Positions 18,724 to 30,600 of a DNA stretch of 64,000 nt are shown one piece after another. Every line of letters begins with the position of its first letter. The first letter of the stretch is position 1. The translations under genes were made by a program, and so were the position numbers. This stretch comes from an uncultured Bacteroidales bacterium (GTDB lineage: Bacteria > Bacteroidota > Bacteroidia > Bacteroidales > VadinHA17). The notes beneath the pieces were generated by a model. That model was not told the DNA's origin, made no database searches, and saw only the letters and a program-made list of their open reading frames with translations. The stretch spans positions 44,347 to 108,346 of the forward strand of contig CAWBQN010000020.1 in the NCBI GenBank assembly GCA_963791065.1. Reading direction: 5' to 3'.

Positions 18724-19434
18724 ATGACAGATCAGAATGATAAAAAACTGGCAATAATCGGAACACTGAAAGAAAAATCACTTCTGAAACAAAAAGTATT
18801 TGATAATACACTTGAATCATTTTGTCATTGTAAAGGAGGTTCTTAAAAATTTTCCAAAGAGATAAATGCCAGTTTGAGCGGAATGGATTCAAGGATCAGG
18901 CTGGAATATACTGACAGAAGTAATTTTGATGCCCAGATCAAGGTTGCAGGGGATATATTGCTTTTCAGCATGCACTCCAACATTTTTCAGTTCGACAGGG
19001 AGCATCCTGCCTGGAAAACAGCATATATCCAGAAAAACAAATACAATGCATATTCGGGAATGATCAATATTTACAACTATCTCAGCGATTCATTCAAATA
19101 TTCACGGTTGGATGATCTCGGATATCTGATAGCCAGGATCTTTATAAACCATGAGAAACAATATTTTGTTGAAGGAAAAAGACAGATGGGAATGTTGTTC
19201 ACAAATTATGGCAATGAAGAGATAAGCAAACAATCATTACAACTTATAATTTCAACTGCAATTCAATATGCACTTGAATTTGATCTTCTTGTACCACCAT
19301 ACGATACAGTCAAAATTGCAACCGTAGGTCAGGCAGAAGCGAAGATCCAGCATTCAAGAGTGATCACTGGGAAACGCCTTGGATTCCAGTTTAATTCCGA
19401 TGATGTTTTGATAAGCAATCCTCAGAAAACCTGA
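18724..19434 (+). pseudogene. Conserved hypothetical protein, two frameshifts (about 18822 and about 18860)
   Basis: The ATG at 18724 gives MTDQNDKKLAIIGTLKEKSLLKQKVFDNTLESF. The reading then continues in other frames as VIVKEVLKNFPK and EINASLSGMDSRIRLEY..., joining the 186-aa ORF at 18874-19434. Confidence 0.4.
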
Positions 19435-19435
19435 T

Positions 19436-21363
19436 GTGCAAAATACGGAGAAATACAGGAATTGGTTAGGGCCAGGAATCTTACTGGCTCTTCTCTTCTC
19501 ATGTAACATTGCCAGTTCCCAAAATTATTCCCAGAGTGACACGATAAATAAGATTTCTCCCGCCATAATTAAAAAGATCAGAGACAATCTCATTATCTGT
19601 CATAATGAATTTTCTTTTAACAATGTCCCACTCACCTGCTGTCGTCAGAGACAGAAATCATCTTTTCTTCGACTCCCTGAAAGTAAAAGCTTCAAAAAAT
19701 AATCTGACCAGGAAATTATATGATTTTCTGGTAATTACTCCGCGACACTATATTTAAAAAACAGTTCACAGGTACAAGTGATGCCAACTATATAATCTAT
19801 TCAGGAAAAAAGATCAGAAAAATTACTGTAAAAAGACTAAATGTTTTCGGAGCAAATATAAATAATCCGGATTCGGAAAATCCTAATAAGATTGAAAATA
19901 TATTGAATAAAACCCATTTTAACACCAATGAAAATATAATCAGAAAAAACCTTCTTTTTTCGGAAGGTGATACAATCTCTCCCCTGATACTAAGTGACAA
20001 CGAAAGGATATTACGGCAACTTCCCTATATAGATGATGCCAGAATAATTGTTGTTCCTGTATCTGATGACGAAGCTGATATTGTGGTATATACAAAAGAT
20101 GTTTATTCTCTGGGTGGCTCATTCACTTACAACGGACTTAAAAAAGGAAACGTTTCGGTTTTTGATAAAAATATTTCGGAATCGGACATGAATTTGGGTT
20201 AGATATTCCCTATAATAATACTTTACCCGATTCGCCTGGCTTTGGAGTACACTATATTGCTGATAATATTGCAAAATCGTTTATAAATCTGAATGTTTAC
20301 TATCTTCATGGCCTGGGAGAAAAGACTTATGGATTTAACATAAGCCGTAAGCTGGTCAGCTCAACCACAAAATATGCCGGAGGAATTTCCATCCGTCAGA
20401 TGTACACAACTCAACTCTCGATACTCTCATAATCCCGGCGCCTCTGAAATATAATTTACAGGATTACTGGCTGTCGAGATCATTTCTTATCAATAAAGAA
20501 TCAGTGTCAAGAATAATAATTGGTGTCCGCTATACTAATAATAATGTTTTTGACCATCCGGTTATACTTCCGGAATCTTACTATAACCTGCAGAGATACA
20601 AGATTTTCCTTGCATCGGCTGCCTTGTCCGTTCAGAAATATACTAAAACCAATCTTATATATAGTTATGGCCGTACTGAAGATATCCCATATGGATCGAT
20701 GCTAAAGTTTACTACCGGCAGGGAATTTAATGAGTTTAAGCAAAGGACATATCTTGGAGGTGAGGTATCATTCAGCGTATCGAGTCCAATCCCTTGGATA
20801 TTTTTATTCCTATACCGGATTTTCAACTTATCTGAATAAGAATAAAACGGAACAAGGTGTACTATCTCTGGGACTAAATTATTTTTCAAACCTTGTGAAT
20901 CTGAGAAATTCCAAAATCCGGAATTTTGTTAATATTAATTATACCAGAGGATTTGGCAGATATACCAATGAAAACCTGCGATTCATTACTAATAATGGAT
21001 TCTCGGGATTTAGCCAATGATTCTGTAAACGGAACTCAAAGATTAACATTGAGTCTTGAATCTGTGCTGTTCAGCCCGATAAATCTCTACGGTTTCAGAT
21101 TCGCTTTTTTCGGTTTTGCTGATTTTTCTTTTCTTTCAGCTACGAACCAAATCGTGGGAAACGGATATTCACTTTCAAGTATTGGAGTAGGCATAAGGAT
21201 CCGAAATGATAACCTGGTATTTAATACCTTTCAGCTGAGGATTGGTTATTTTCCCAATTACCCGCCCTATTCGACAATATCCCCGGTAACTGTTTCCGGA
21301 GAACAATTATTACATCCGGCTAATTTTGATCCGGGCCCCCCGTCTGTCATCCCTTACAGGTAA
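19436..21363 (+). pseudogene. POTRA-containing BamA/surface-antigen (D15)-like outer-membrane protein, fragmented by at least 6 frameshifts
   Basis: The signal peptide is followed by fragments in rotating frames. These are FFDSLKVKASKNNLTRKLYDFLV, YSGKKIRKITVKRLNVFGANI...NIIRKNLLFSEGD (POTRA-like), GFGVHYIADNIAKSF, IIIGVRYTNNNVF..., and the C-terminal barrel part GFRFAFFGFADFSF...FQLRIGYFPN. Confidence 0.55.
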
Positions 21364-21420
21364 TGATCGATACAATTATTCAGTCAGCTTTTTCTATTTT
21401 TACATCCTAAGCTTATCATT

Positions 21421-22758
21421 ATGACTGATGAATTTAAAAAGTTTATTTCAGAGAACAAGATTTTAAAACAGGGTGATAAAATTTTACTCACAGTCAGTGG
21501 CGGCATAGATTCAATGGTGATGGCTCACCTGTTCCTTAAACAGAATTATAAGATAGGTATAGCTCACTGCAATTTCTCGCTGAGAGACGGAGAATCAGAT
21601 ATGGATGAGGAACTGGTCCGTAAGTTTGCATCTGATCATGGTATTCCATTCTTTAACATCAGGTTTGAAACAAAAACATATGCAAAAAAGAAGCGGGTTA
21701 TCAGTGCAAATGGCAGCCAGGGACCTAAGATACAAATGGTTCGAAGAGGTGCGAGAAAATAACGGATATGATTCTATAGCCGTTGCTCATAACCTTAATG
21801 ATAATATTGAAACCCTTCTGATAAACCTGATCAGGGGAACCGGAATAACCGGAATGACAGGAATGAAACCTGTAAGCAAAAGGATTATAAGACCATTGCT
21901 GTTCGCAACCAGACAGGAAATAACTGCATTATTGCAAAAAACATAGAATAACATTTCGTGAGGACAGATCAAATGCTGATACAAAATATACCAGGAACAA
22001 AATCAGGCACCTGGTAATTCCGGTTCTTAAGGAGATCAATCCCTCAATTGAACTGACACTAAATGAAACAGCAGAAAGATTTTCAGGGTATAATGAAATC
22101 ATATCGGGTTACATTTCAAATTTGAGGAAAACTATTTCCTCAGAGAAAGAAAAATTCATCACATTTAATATCAGCCAGCTGAAACCATATCTGCATAATA
22201 AGTCAGTATTATTCGAGCTGTTTAAGCCATACGGAATGTCCAATGCACTGTTGACTGACCTGATTAAAGTAATTGATGGTAACACAGGTGGTCAGGTCAT
22301 TACGGGCACTCACAGAATGATTAAAAACAGGAAGGAGATAATTGTTTCCGAAAAAGAAATCACGAGTGACAAGGAGTATACCATAAATAAGTTACAGGAC
22401 TTTATCAGCGTCCCTGGCATCAGATCAGCTAAAATTGTCAGAATCACAGAGACTTATTCAATACCATCCGATCCATCAATTGCTTGTATTGATTATGAAA
22501 AAGTGATTTTCCCCCTGACAATCAGAAAATGGAAGAGCAGGAGATCACTTTTACCCTCTGGGAATGAACAGGAAGAAAAAGCTCAGTGATTATTTCATTG
22601 ATAACAAGTATTCGAAACTTGACAAAGAAAACATATTCATTCTAGAATCGGACGGAAAAATTGCCTGGATCATCGGGGACAGGATTGACGACAGGTTCAA
22701 AATAACCAGTTCAACAACAAGAGGTCTTCTGATCAAATCCAATACTAAACCTTTATGA
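21421..22758 (+). pseudogene. tilS: tRNA(Ile)-lysidine synthetase TilS with three frameshifts (about 21687, about 21926, about 22535)
   Basis: The PP-loop LLTVSGGIDSMVMAHL is present. The reading then runs AARDLRYKWFEE...AHNLNDNIETLLINLIRGTG, then HYCKKHRITFREDRSNADTKYTRNKIRH, and the C-terminal part is KKKLSDYFIDNKYSK. The first shift sits in an A6 run. Confidence 0.85.
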
Positions 22759-22783
22759 ACCTTAGTGCCAGAAACAAGCCCAT

Positions 22784-23790
22784 TTAAACACTTCGTCCGA
22801 TATTTCTTTGACCATGAATTCCTCTGTCAATTAGGATCAGGTCAGCCATTGCAATCGCTGTAGCGGCTTCGACAATAACAGGCATTCTTAAAGCAATACA
22901 GGTATCATGCCTGCCTTTTACCTTGAGGGTAGTCATCTCTCCTGTTTTAAAATTAAATGTAGTCTGATCCACTCCTGTTGATGAGGTTGGTTTTACCACA
23001 ATTCTGAAAATGATCTCATTTCCGTTAGTTATACCTCCATTAATTCCGCCCGCATTATTCGTGGCGGTCTTGCCGTCTGATCAATAAAAGGATCATTATG
23101 TTCCGAACCTTTCATTGCTGCTGCTGCAAAACCTGAACCAAATTCAATTCCCTTGATTGCAGGAATTGAAAATATCATATGACTGACAGCAGATTCAAAA
23201 GAGTAAAAAAATGGTTCTCCTACTGCCAGAGGCGGGTTCTTAACCCTGCATTCAATGATACCACCAATTGTATCATTCAATGCTATTGCCTCATTAATTG
23301 CTTTCTCAATATCAGCCGATCCCCCAGCAGAGATTAATTTGGCTTGAATGTCGGCCGGTCCTGATATTTTTTTCGCCATCACCCCTGCTGCAACCAGTCC
23401 CCATGTTATCCTTCCCGAAAAATGACCGCTTCCCCGCATATCGGAAAATCCTGAGTGTTTTATACGTGACACAAAATCAGCATGCCCGGGCCTTGGGATA
23501 TTTTTAAATTCATCATAATCAGAAGAAATTTTATTGCTGTTTTTTGTAAGAAGAGCAACAGGAGCACCTGTGGTCGTACCCTTGAAAACACCACTCAGTA
23601 TTTCAGGAAGATCCGGCTCTAGCCGTGTTGTAGTTCCCTTACTCCCGCTTTGACGTCGCCTGAGATCAGGTAGAAAATCGTCCGACTTAACAGGTATCCC
23701 TGGAGGACAACCGTCTATGATCACGCCAATAGACGGGCCATGTGACTCACCAAAAAGTGTGACTCTGAAAACTACTCCGAATGAATTCAT
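22784..23790 (-). pseudogene. aroC: Chorismate synthase AroC with a single-base deletion near 23077
   Basis: FRVTLFGESHGPSIGVIIDGCP and RPGHAD are present. After ...HNDPFIDQ the correct frame reads DGKTATNNAGGINGGITNGNEIIFRIVVKPTSS...GRHDTCIALRMPVIVEA. The observed cagacggc would be cag gac ggc if one g were restored. Confidence 0.9.
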
Positions 23791-24833
23791 AACTCTTTAT
23801 TTTTGTCTCTGAATCTTTTATAAAATCCGAGAACTTCCTTAACCGGCACCTTTTCAACAATCGCTTTTCCAATACCCCGGGTGAAGACAAAATTAATATC
23901 CTCACCAGTCTTCTTTTTATCATGAAGAACATACATTTCCATTTGATTATCAGTCATATCCAGTTTCTCAACCAGTCTGAATCTCTTTAACAGGGTAATA
24001 ATTCTTTCTTTTTCCTCCCGGCTTATATATTCTTTTTCAAACGAAAATTCAGTAGCCAGTACCATCCCGGAGGCAACTGCAAAACCATGTTTTACAGCTT
24101 TCTGCAACTCAACAGCATGGCCGAAGGTATGTCCGAAATTAAGGATCCGTCTTAACCCTTTCTCCATTTCATCCTCAGATACCACCAGTCCTTTAATTCT
24201 TACAGATCTTGCCACAAGGCGGGAAAGTAATTCTGGGTTCCTTGCCCCGATTTCATTAAAGCTTTGCTCGATGGTATCAAATAATTCTTTATCGCCTATA
24301 ATTGCTGTTTTAATCAATTCAGCAAGACCTGATAAATATTCTTCGTCGGGCAGAGTCTGAAGCATTGCAGGATCACATATAACGAACTCAGGCTGCCTGA
24401 TAGTTCCGAGAATATTTTTTATATGTCCGAGGTTAACTCCGTTTTTCCCGCCTGTACTGGCGTCGACCTGTGACAATAAAGAAGTTGAAACATATCCGCA
24501 CCTGATGCCTCTCATGTATATTGAGGCAAGAAAACCTGCAATATCACATACCACACCTCCTCCAATTCCAAGGACAATTCCTGAGCGATCGATACCCGCA
24601 TCCAGGAGTTGTCCGGCCAATGATTCTATAACTTTAAATTTCTTACTTTCTTCTCCGGGAGTAACAGAAATAACCGGGAACTTTGGAAATTTCCTGCCAT
24701 ATAAATTCCTTACATTATCATCGGTAATTATTACCACACCCTTTTCAGGCAGCAGATCCGATACTGCTTCCCATGGTTCCCCCACCAATATGTCCGATCT
24801 GAAACCTGGTGTTTTTATAGTTATTTTTTCCAA
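23787..24833 (-). CDS. aroB: 3-dehydroquinate synthase
   Basis: 348 aa. GGGVVCDIAGF, STSLLSQVDASTGGKNG and NFGHTFGHA are AroB motifs. It overlaps the aroC start by 4 nt. Confidence 0.9.
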   Translation of the reverse strand: MEKITIKTPGFRSDILVGEPWEAVSDLLPEKGVVIITDDNVRNLYGRKFPKFPVISVTPGEESKKFKVIESLAGQLLDAGIDRSGIVLGIGGGVVCDIAGFLASIYMRGIRCGYVSTSLLSQVDASTGGKNGVNLGHIKNILGTIRQPEFVICDPAMLQTLPDEEYLSGLAELIKTAIIGDKELFDTIEQSFNEIGARNPELLSRLVARSVRIKGLVVSEDEMEKGLRRILNFGHTFGHAVELQKAVKHGFAVASGMVLATEFSFEKEYISREEKERIITLLKRFRLVEKLDMTDNQMEMYVLHDKKKTGEDINFVFTRGIGKAIVEKVPVKEVLGFYKRFRDKNKEL

Positions 24834-24912
24834 AAGCGTAACCTATTGATTGCTAAAGTTAAATAATCTGACCTAATTCAACACTCTTTACTGTAAAATT
24901 GAGAGTTTTAGT

Positions 24913-26787
24913 TCATTTCTCACTCAATTCAAGCCATCGTAACTCTTTTTCATCCAGGATTTTCATTATTTCACCGTGTCTTTTAGATTTTGACATTAAG
25001 TCATCATTACCAAGCGCTCCGCTACTCATTTCTGTTTCGATTCGCTTTTTTTCTGATTCGAGATCCTCAATTTCCCCTGAAAGAATTTCAAATTCCCTCT
25101 TTTCTTTAAATGTCAGTCCCTGTCTTTTCTCCTTTTTAAGTATTACTTCAATTGATCCGGCAGATTCTGAGCCTTTTGCGGACCTTAAAGCGGGAACAAT
25201 CCTTTCAGATTCTCTTTGTTGATCCCTGAGTTGTGTATAATTACCCGGGAAATCCTTTATAATTCCTTCACCCTTGTATTCAAAAATATGATCAACTACT
25301 TTGTCCATAAAATATCTGTCGTGCGATACTACGATTACACACCCTTTAAAGCCGGCCAGATATTCCTCCAGAACGTTAAGTGTAAGGATGTCAAGATCAT
25401 TGGTCGGTTCATCAAGGATCAGAAAATTAGGATTTCTCATAAGCACCGTCAGCAGATAAAGACGTCGTTTTTCACCGCCCGATAGTTTTCTTATCAATGT
25501 GTGTTGTTTTTCAGGAGGAAAAAGGAAATAGTTCATGAACTGGGTTATTGAAAGCACATGCCCGTCACTGATCGAAACCTTTTCCGCAATATCCTTTACA
25601 GCATCTAACACAGTCATATCATTATCAAATTCGATGCCCTGCTGCTGGTAATAACCGAAGACTATTGTTTCTCCCCGTTCTACTGTTCCCTCATCAGGTT
25701 CAGTCAAACCAGTGATTATGTTGAGCAATGTTGTTTTCCCAGTGCCATTCCTGCCGATTAGTCCTGCTTTTTCATACCGGTTGAAGAGATATGTAAAGTC
25801 TTTTAAGATCACCTTGTCGCCGTAAGATTTACTGATGTTTTTTATCTCAAGGATCTTGCTGCCCATTCTGGAGATATTTACATTTATGCTGATGCTTTTT
25901 TCCTCAGGTCTGTTCGCGGCTTTTTCCTTTAGATCATAAAACGATTCAATCCTCGATTTCGCTTTATGCCGTCGTGCCTTTGGCATCCTTCTCATCCAGT
26001 CGAGTTCTGTTTTTAAAAGATTTTTAGCTTTTTCGGAATTTAACTTTTCAGAGTACTCCCTGCTCTGTTTTTTTTCCAGAAAATATTCATAATTTCCTTC
26101 ATATCTGAATAATTCATTGCCCGACAGTTCCAGTATCACATTACAAACCCTGTCGAGAAAATACCTGTCGTGAGTTACCATTAAAAGGGTCTTTTTGGAC
26201 TTCATCAGATACTCTTCGAGCCATTCTATCATATCAAGGTCAAGATGGTTTGTAGGTTCATCAAGGATGAGAAGGTCAGACTCTTCAACCAGGACCTTTG
26301 CCAGTGCTATCCGTTTCTTTTGGCCGCCCGAAAGCGTCGCAATAACTGCATTAAGATCGGTAAGCTTAAGTTTAGAGAGTATCTGCCTGACTGCAACTTC
26401 ATAATCCCACGCTTTATGATCATCCATCTTCTGGATCATTTGCTGAAGCATTTCGGGAGAACCGTTGAGAATGCAGCTTTCATATTCCCTTATAACATTT
26501 ACAAGCTCACTATCGGTGCAGAAAAGTTCATCGATTATTTTGTTCGATTCATTGAGAACAGGAGATTGCTGAAGGTATGCAATCCGCAAATCGCGTTTAA
26601 TACTCAGTGATCCATTGTCAGGATTTTCTTTTCCTGCCAGAATATCCAGCAAAGAGGATTTACCTGCCCCATTGATTGCTATCAGTGCAACTTTATCATC
26701 CTTGTTAATATTAAAACTAATATTATCGAACAGGAGATTGTCTCCGATCCGCCTCGCAACACTATCTGCCTGCAGGTAACTTATCAT
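24913..26787 (-). CDS. ABC-F family ATPase (two ABC cassettes, no transmembrane domain)
   Basis: It has two Walker A sites (GINGAGKSS, GRNGTGKTT), two LSGG signatures (LSGGQKKR, LSGGEKRR) and a charged coiled-coil C-terminus. ATG at 26787; the track's TTG start is at 26796. Confidence 0.85.
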   Translation of the reverse strand: MISYLQADSVARRIGDNLLFDNISFNINKDDKVALIAINGAGKSSLLDILAGKENPDNGSLSIKRDLRIAYLQQSPVLNESNKIIDELFCTDSELVNVIREYESCILNGSPEMLQQMIQKMDDHKAWDYEVAVRQILSKLKLTDLNAVIATLSGGQKKRIALAKVLVEESDLLILDEPTNHLDLDMIEWLEEYLMKSKKTLLMVTHDRYFLDRVCNVILELSGNELFRYEGNYEYFLEKKQSREYSEKLNSEKAKNLLKTELDWMRRMPKARRHKAKSRIESFYDLKEKAANRPEEKSISINVNISRMGSKILEIKNISKSYGDKVILKDFTYLFNRYEKAGLIGRNGTGKTTLLNIITGLTEPDEGTVERGETIVFGYYQQQGIEFDNDMTVLDAVKDIAEKVSISDGHVLSITQFMNYFLFPPEKQHTLIRKLSGGEKRRLYLLTVLMRNPNFLILDEPTNDLDILTLNVLEEYLAGFKGCVIVVSHDRYFMDKVVDHIFEYKGEGIIKDFPGNYTQLRDQQRESERIVPALRSAKGSESAGSIEVILKKEKRQGLTFKEKREFEILSGEIEDLESEKKRIETEMSSGALGNDDLMSKSKRHGEIMKILDEKELRWLELSEK

Positions 26788-26803
26788 AAATATCAATATT
26801 GTG

Positions 26804-26811
26804 CAAAGATA
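26804..26811 (-). promoter_or_regulatory. Candidate -7 promoter box (TAtcTTTG on the minus strand) for the ABC-F gene
   Basis: The reverse complement reads TATCTTTG, 17 nt upstream of the ATG at 26787. This implies a very short leader. Confidence 0.25.
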
Positions 26812-26849
26812 AAAAGTGTTACCTTACCTGCACTATTAATTTCAGACCT

Positions 26850-27491
26850 ATGACAATCAAGGAAAGATTTGATCGTACAATAATCTATTTTCAGGCAACC
26901 TTTCCGGAAGCAGTAACTGAATTGGAATACAAAAGTCCCTTTGAGCTGCTTGTGGCAGTGATATTGTCAGCACAATGCACCGATAAAAGAGTAAATATGA
27001 TAACCCCTTCTCTGCTTGAAAAATATCCGGATGCTGAATCGATGGCCAAAGCTGGTCCGGATGAGATCTTCGAATACATTAAATCATGTACTTTCCCGAA
27101 TAATAAGGCAAAACATCTATCGGGAATGTCACGTATGCTTATATCCGACTTTGGCGGAAAAGTACCCTCTGAACCGGATGTTCTGCAACGTTTACCGGGA
27201 GTGGGGAGAAAAAGTGCTAATGTTGTGGCTTCAGTTATCTACAAAAAACCTGTTATGGCTGTTGATACTCATGTTTTCAGGGTTGCGCACAGGATAGGTC
27301 TGGTAAAAAATGCCAAAACTCCGCTGGCTGTCGAATTACAGCTGACAAGACATATTCCTGTTGAGCTCATTCATGAAGCACATCACTGGCTGCTCCTGCA
27401 TGGACGGTATGTTTGCAAAGCCAGAAATCCGTTATGCGCAAATTGTGGTCTGTCTGAATTCTGCGATTATTACAGGAAAACCAGGAAATAA
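26850..27491 (+). CDS. nth: Endonuclease III
   Basis: The HhH-GPD pattern is present (LPGVGRKSANVV, DTHVFRV), with a C-terminal CX6CX2CX5C cluster (CKARNPLCANCGLSEFC). The start is placed at MTIKERFD. Confidence 0.9.
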   Translation: MTIKERFDRTIIYFQATFPEAVTELEYKSPFELLVAVILSAQCTDKRVNMITPSLLEKYPDAESMAKAGPDEIFEYIKSCTFPNNKAKHLSGMSRMLISDFGGKVPSEPDVLQRLPGVGRKSANVVASVIYKKPVMAVDTHVFRVAHRIGLVKNAKTPLAVELQLTRHIPVELIHEAHHWLLLHGRYVCKARNPLCANCGLSEFCDYYRKTRK

Positions 27492-27608
27492 GTGAACCCT
27501 GGCAGTACGAAGATTATGGAATTAATGGAAAGAAGGAAATCAAATTCATAAAACCGGAATTATATCAATATTTGCTATTTTTAAAATGTAATTGAAACTG
27601 TCAGATTG

Positions 27609-30600
27609 ATGGATTATAAAGAGAGTTATATTGAGCTGCTGGAAACAAATAAAAAGCTGGAGAAGGAACTTGAGTTGATCCGTTCAAAAAGCCTTGAAAA
27701 ATCCGAAATCTCCAGGGAAATGATTTTCAGGATTTTTCACTCGGCCAACTACTTAATGGCAATCAGCAAGTTAGATACAGGTCAGTATGTCGATGTTAAT
27801 GAATCTTTTTATAAAGCACTTGGTTATTCTAAAGGAGATATTATAGGCCATACATCAGATGAAATCCGGATCTTTGCGGATTTCGAAGACAGCAATAAAT
27901 ATATTAAGCTTATCTCGCGGCTAAAAAGTATCAAAGGTTATCCTGTAACACTGAAAACCAAGTCGGGTGAAGAGAAGCCTTATCTCTTTTCAGCCGATAC
28001 GGTACAACTTGAAAGTGACATCTATCTGCTTACTATATTTACTGAAGTTAAAGCGCAGAAGAACACAAAGATAAAAGATAACCACGGAAGCTTGCTTAAA
28101 GAAATTTTCGAAACAGTCGGCAGTTACCTGGCTTTGTTCAGTGTCGATATTAATAACATGTTTTATGTTATTGATATAAACAGTAAAGCTGAAGAAGTAG
28201 AACATGTTCACAGGAGTGAAGTTGTCGGAAAGTGTATTGAAGAAACTCCATTAGTTAACAGGCTAAAGCTGATTGAGCTTCTGAAGAATATTCATCTCAC
28301 AGGTGATAGTCAAAAAGTGGCAGCATCACCTGATGGCGATGATGCCGGCGGATATTATTCGGGATTTCATCTTACCTCAGGAAATTTTGTAATTACCTGG
28401 GAACCCGGGGCACAGAAGATGTTAAAGGAAGTACAGAATAATTCCGGACTTATCTTTGAGAAATTTGCTGATCTGCTGCCTGAAATGGTGTATGAAGTGG
28501 ATCTGACCGGAAAAATATTATATGCCAATCGTCAGGGAATGAGCTTTTTCGGATATTCTAACGAAGATTTGGAAAGAGGCGTTTACCTTTCAGAAATATT
28601 CCCTGAACGATATCAGGAAATGATTGAAAACCTCAAGGGTCTGACATCCCCCGGACAAATATCAAGCAATGAATATTATGCGAAAAAAAGGGATGGAACC
28701 GTTGTTCCCATAGTAACTCACTCATTTGCACTTTTCTTTAATGACCGGATCATCGGTTACAGGGGAGTAGTTACTGATATCAGCAAACAAAAAGAATTTG
28801 AAAATCAGATTACGAGAGAAAAAGCATTCCTGGAACATTTATATAATTCGACGCCGGCGGCTATAGTAATAACAAACCCTGCCGGGACTATTTCAATGAT
28901 TAACCGTGAATTCACAAATCTCTTTGGTTATACCTCCGAGGAGGCTGTTAATAAGAATATTAACGACCTGGTTGTTCCTGATTATCTTAAGGAAGAAGCT
29001 GTTAAAATCGATTACCTGGCTTCATTGAACCGGAAGGAGGTCAGACAGACCATCAGAAAAGATAAACAAGGAAATAATATTCATGTCACCCTTGTAGCGA
29101 CAGCAGTAGTCATTAATAATGAAAAAGTTGCCAACCTCGGTATCTACAGGGATATTACAACCGAAAGGAAAAATCAGCTCCTGCAGGAAGTACTTTTTAA
29201 TATTTCAACTGCAGCGCTTAAACAATATGACATCAAAGAAATTTATCCCATTATTGTTCAGGAACTGAGCAAGATATGGGATACTAATAATTTTTTTATA
29301 GCACTCTATGATAAAAATAAAGAAACCTTGTCACTGCCTTTTTTTGCCGATGAAAAGGATAACTTCTATGAGATACCAACTAAAAAGACTATAACCGGAT
29401 GGGTAATCAAAAATAATAAGTCTGTTCTTCTGAAGGAGAAAGATCTGAAGCTTCTCGAGGAATCAGCTGATATTGATCTGGTCGGAACTCCATGCAAAGT
29501 CTGGATGGGCGTTCCGCTGAAAGTTGAAAATGAAACTATCGGGGTAATGTGTCTGCAGGATTATTATAATGAGGAAAAATTTTCCCCGGATGACCTCTAT
29601 ATCATGGATTTTATTGCAAACCAGATCGCTATAGCTATTCAGCGGAGAATGATGCTGGATAACATTATCCTGGCCCGACAAAAGGCTGAAGAAGCAGCAC
29701 GATCCAAGCAGCAATTCATGTCGACCATGAGTCATGAGATCAGGACACCTCTGAATGAAGTTATAGGAATAACCAATCTTCTACTCCAGGGTGGTCCGCG
29801 TGAAGATCAAATGGATTATATTAAAGCCCTGAAGTTTTCGGGAAATCATCTTCTTACCCTGGTAAATGATGTCCTCGATTACAACAAAATGGAATCGGGC
29901 AAAATAATTTTCGAACAGACACAATTCAATCTCAGTGACTTTCTGAATGAGATCCTCAGGTCATATTCATTCAGATCAAGGGCAAAGAACCTGGCTTTCG
30001 ATATTAAAAAAGCAAGTAATCTGCCGGTTGAGGTCATTGGCGATCCGATCAGGCTTAATCAGATCCTGTCCAACCTGCTTTCAAATGCTCTTAAATTTAC
30101 AATTCATGGAAGTATCCAGGTCCTGGTAAGGGAATTAAGCCGGACATACAATCAGTCGAAAATAGAGTTTACTGTCACCGATACAGGCATAGGCATACCG
30201 AAAGATAAGCACTCTGTCATTTTTGACAGTTTCACTCAGGCTTCATCAGATACGACAAGACATTTCGGTGGTACAGGGCTTGGCCTTGCAATTTGTAAGA
30301 AACTGATTGAATTACAGGGAGGTACAATAATGTTGGAAAGTGAGCCCGAAAAAGGATCAACTTTTAAATTCGCTATCAGTTTTGGAATCTCAGAAAAAGC
30401 CGGACAGTCTCAGGTTATAGAGGTACCCGAGAATTATTCTGGACTTGAAGGGAAGAAGATACTGGTTGCAGAGGATAACAAAATAAACTTTTTTGTTGCC
30501 AATAAATTTCTGATTGGCTGGGGAATAATTGTTACACATGCTGAGAATGGTCAGATAGCTCTTGATATACTTGAAAAAGAGGATTTTGATCTTATTCTGA

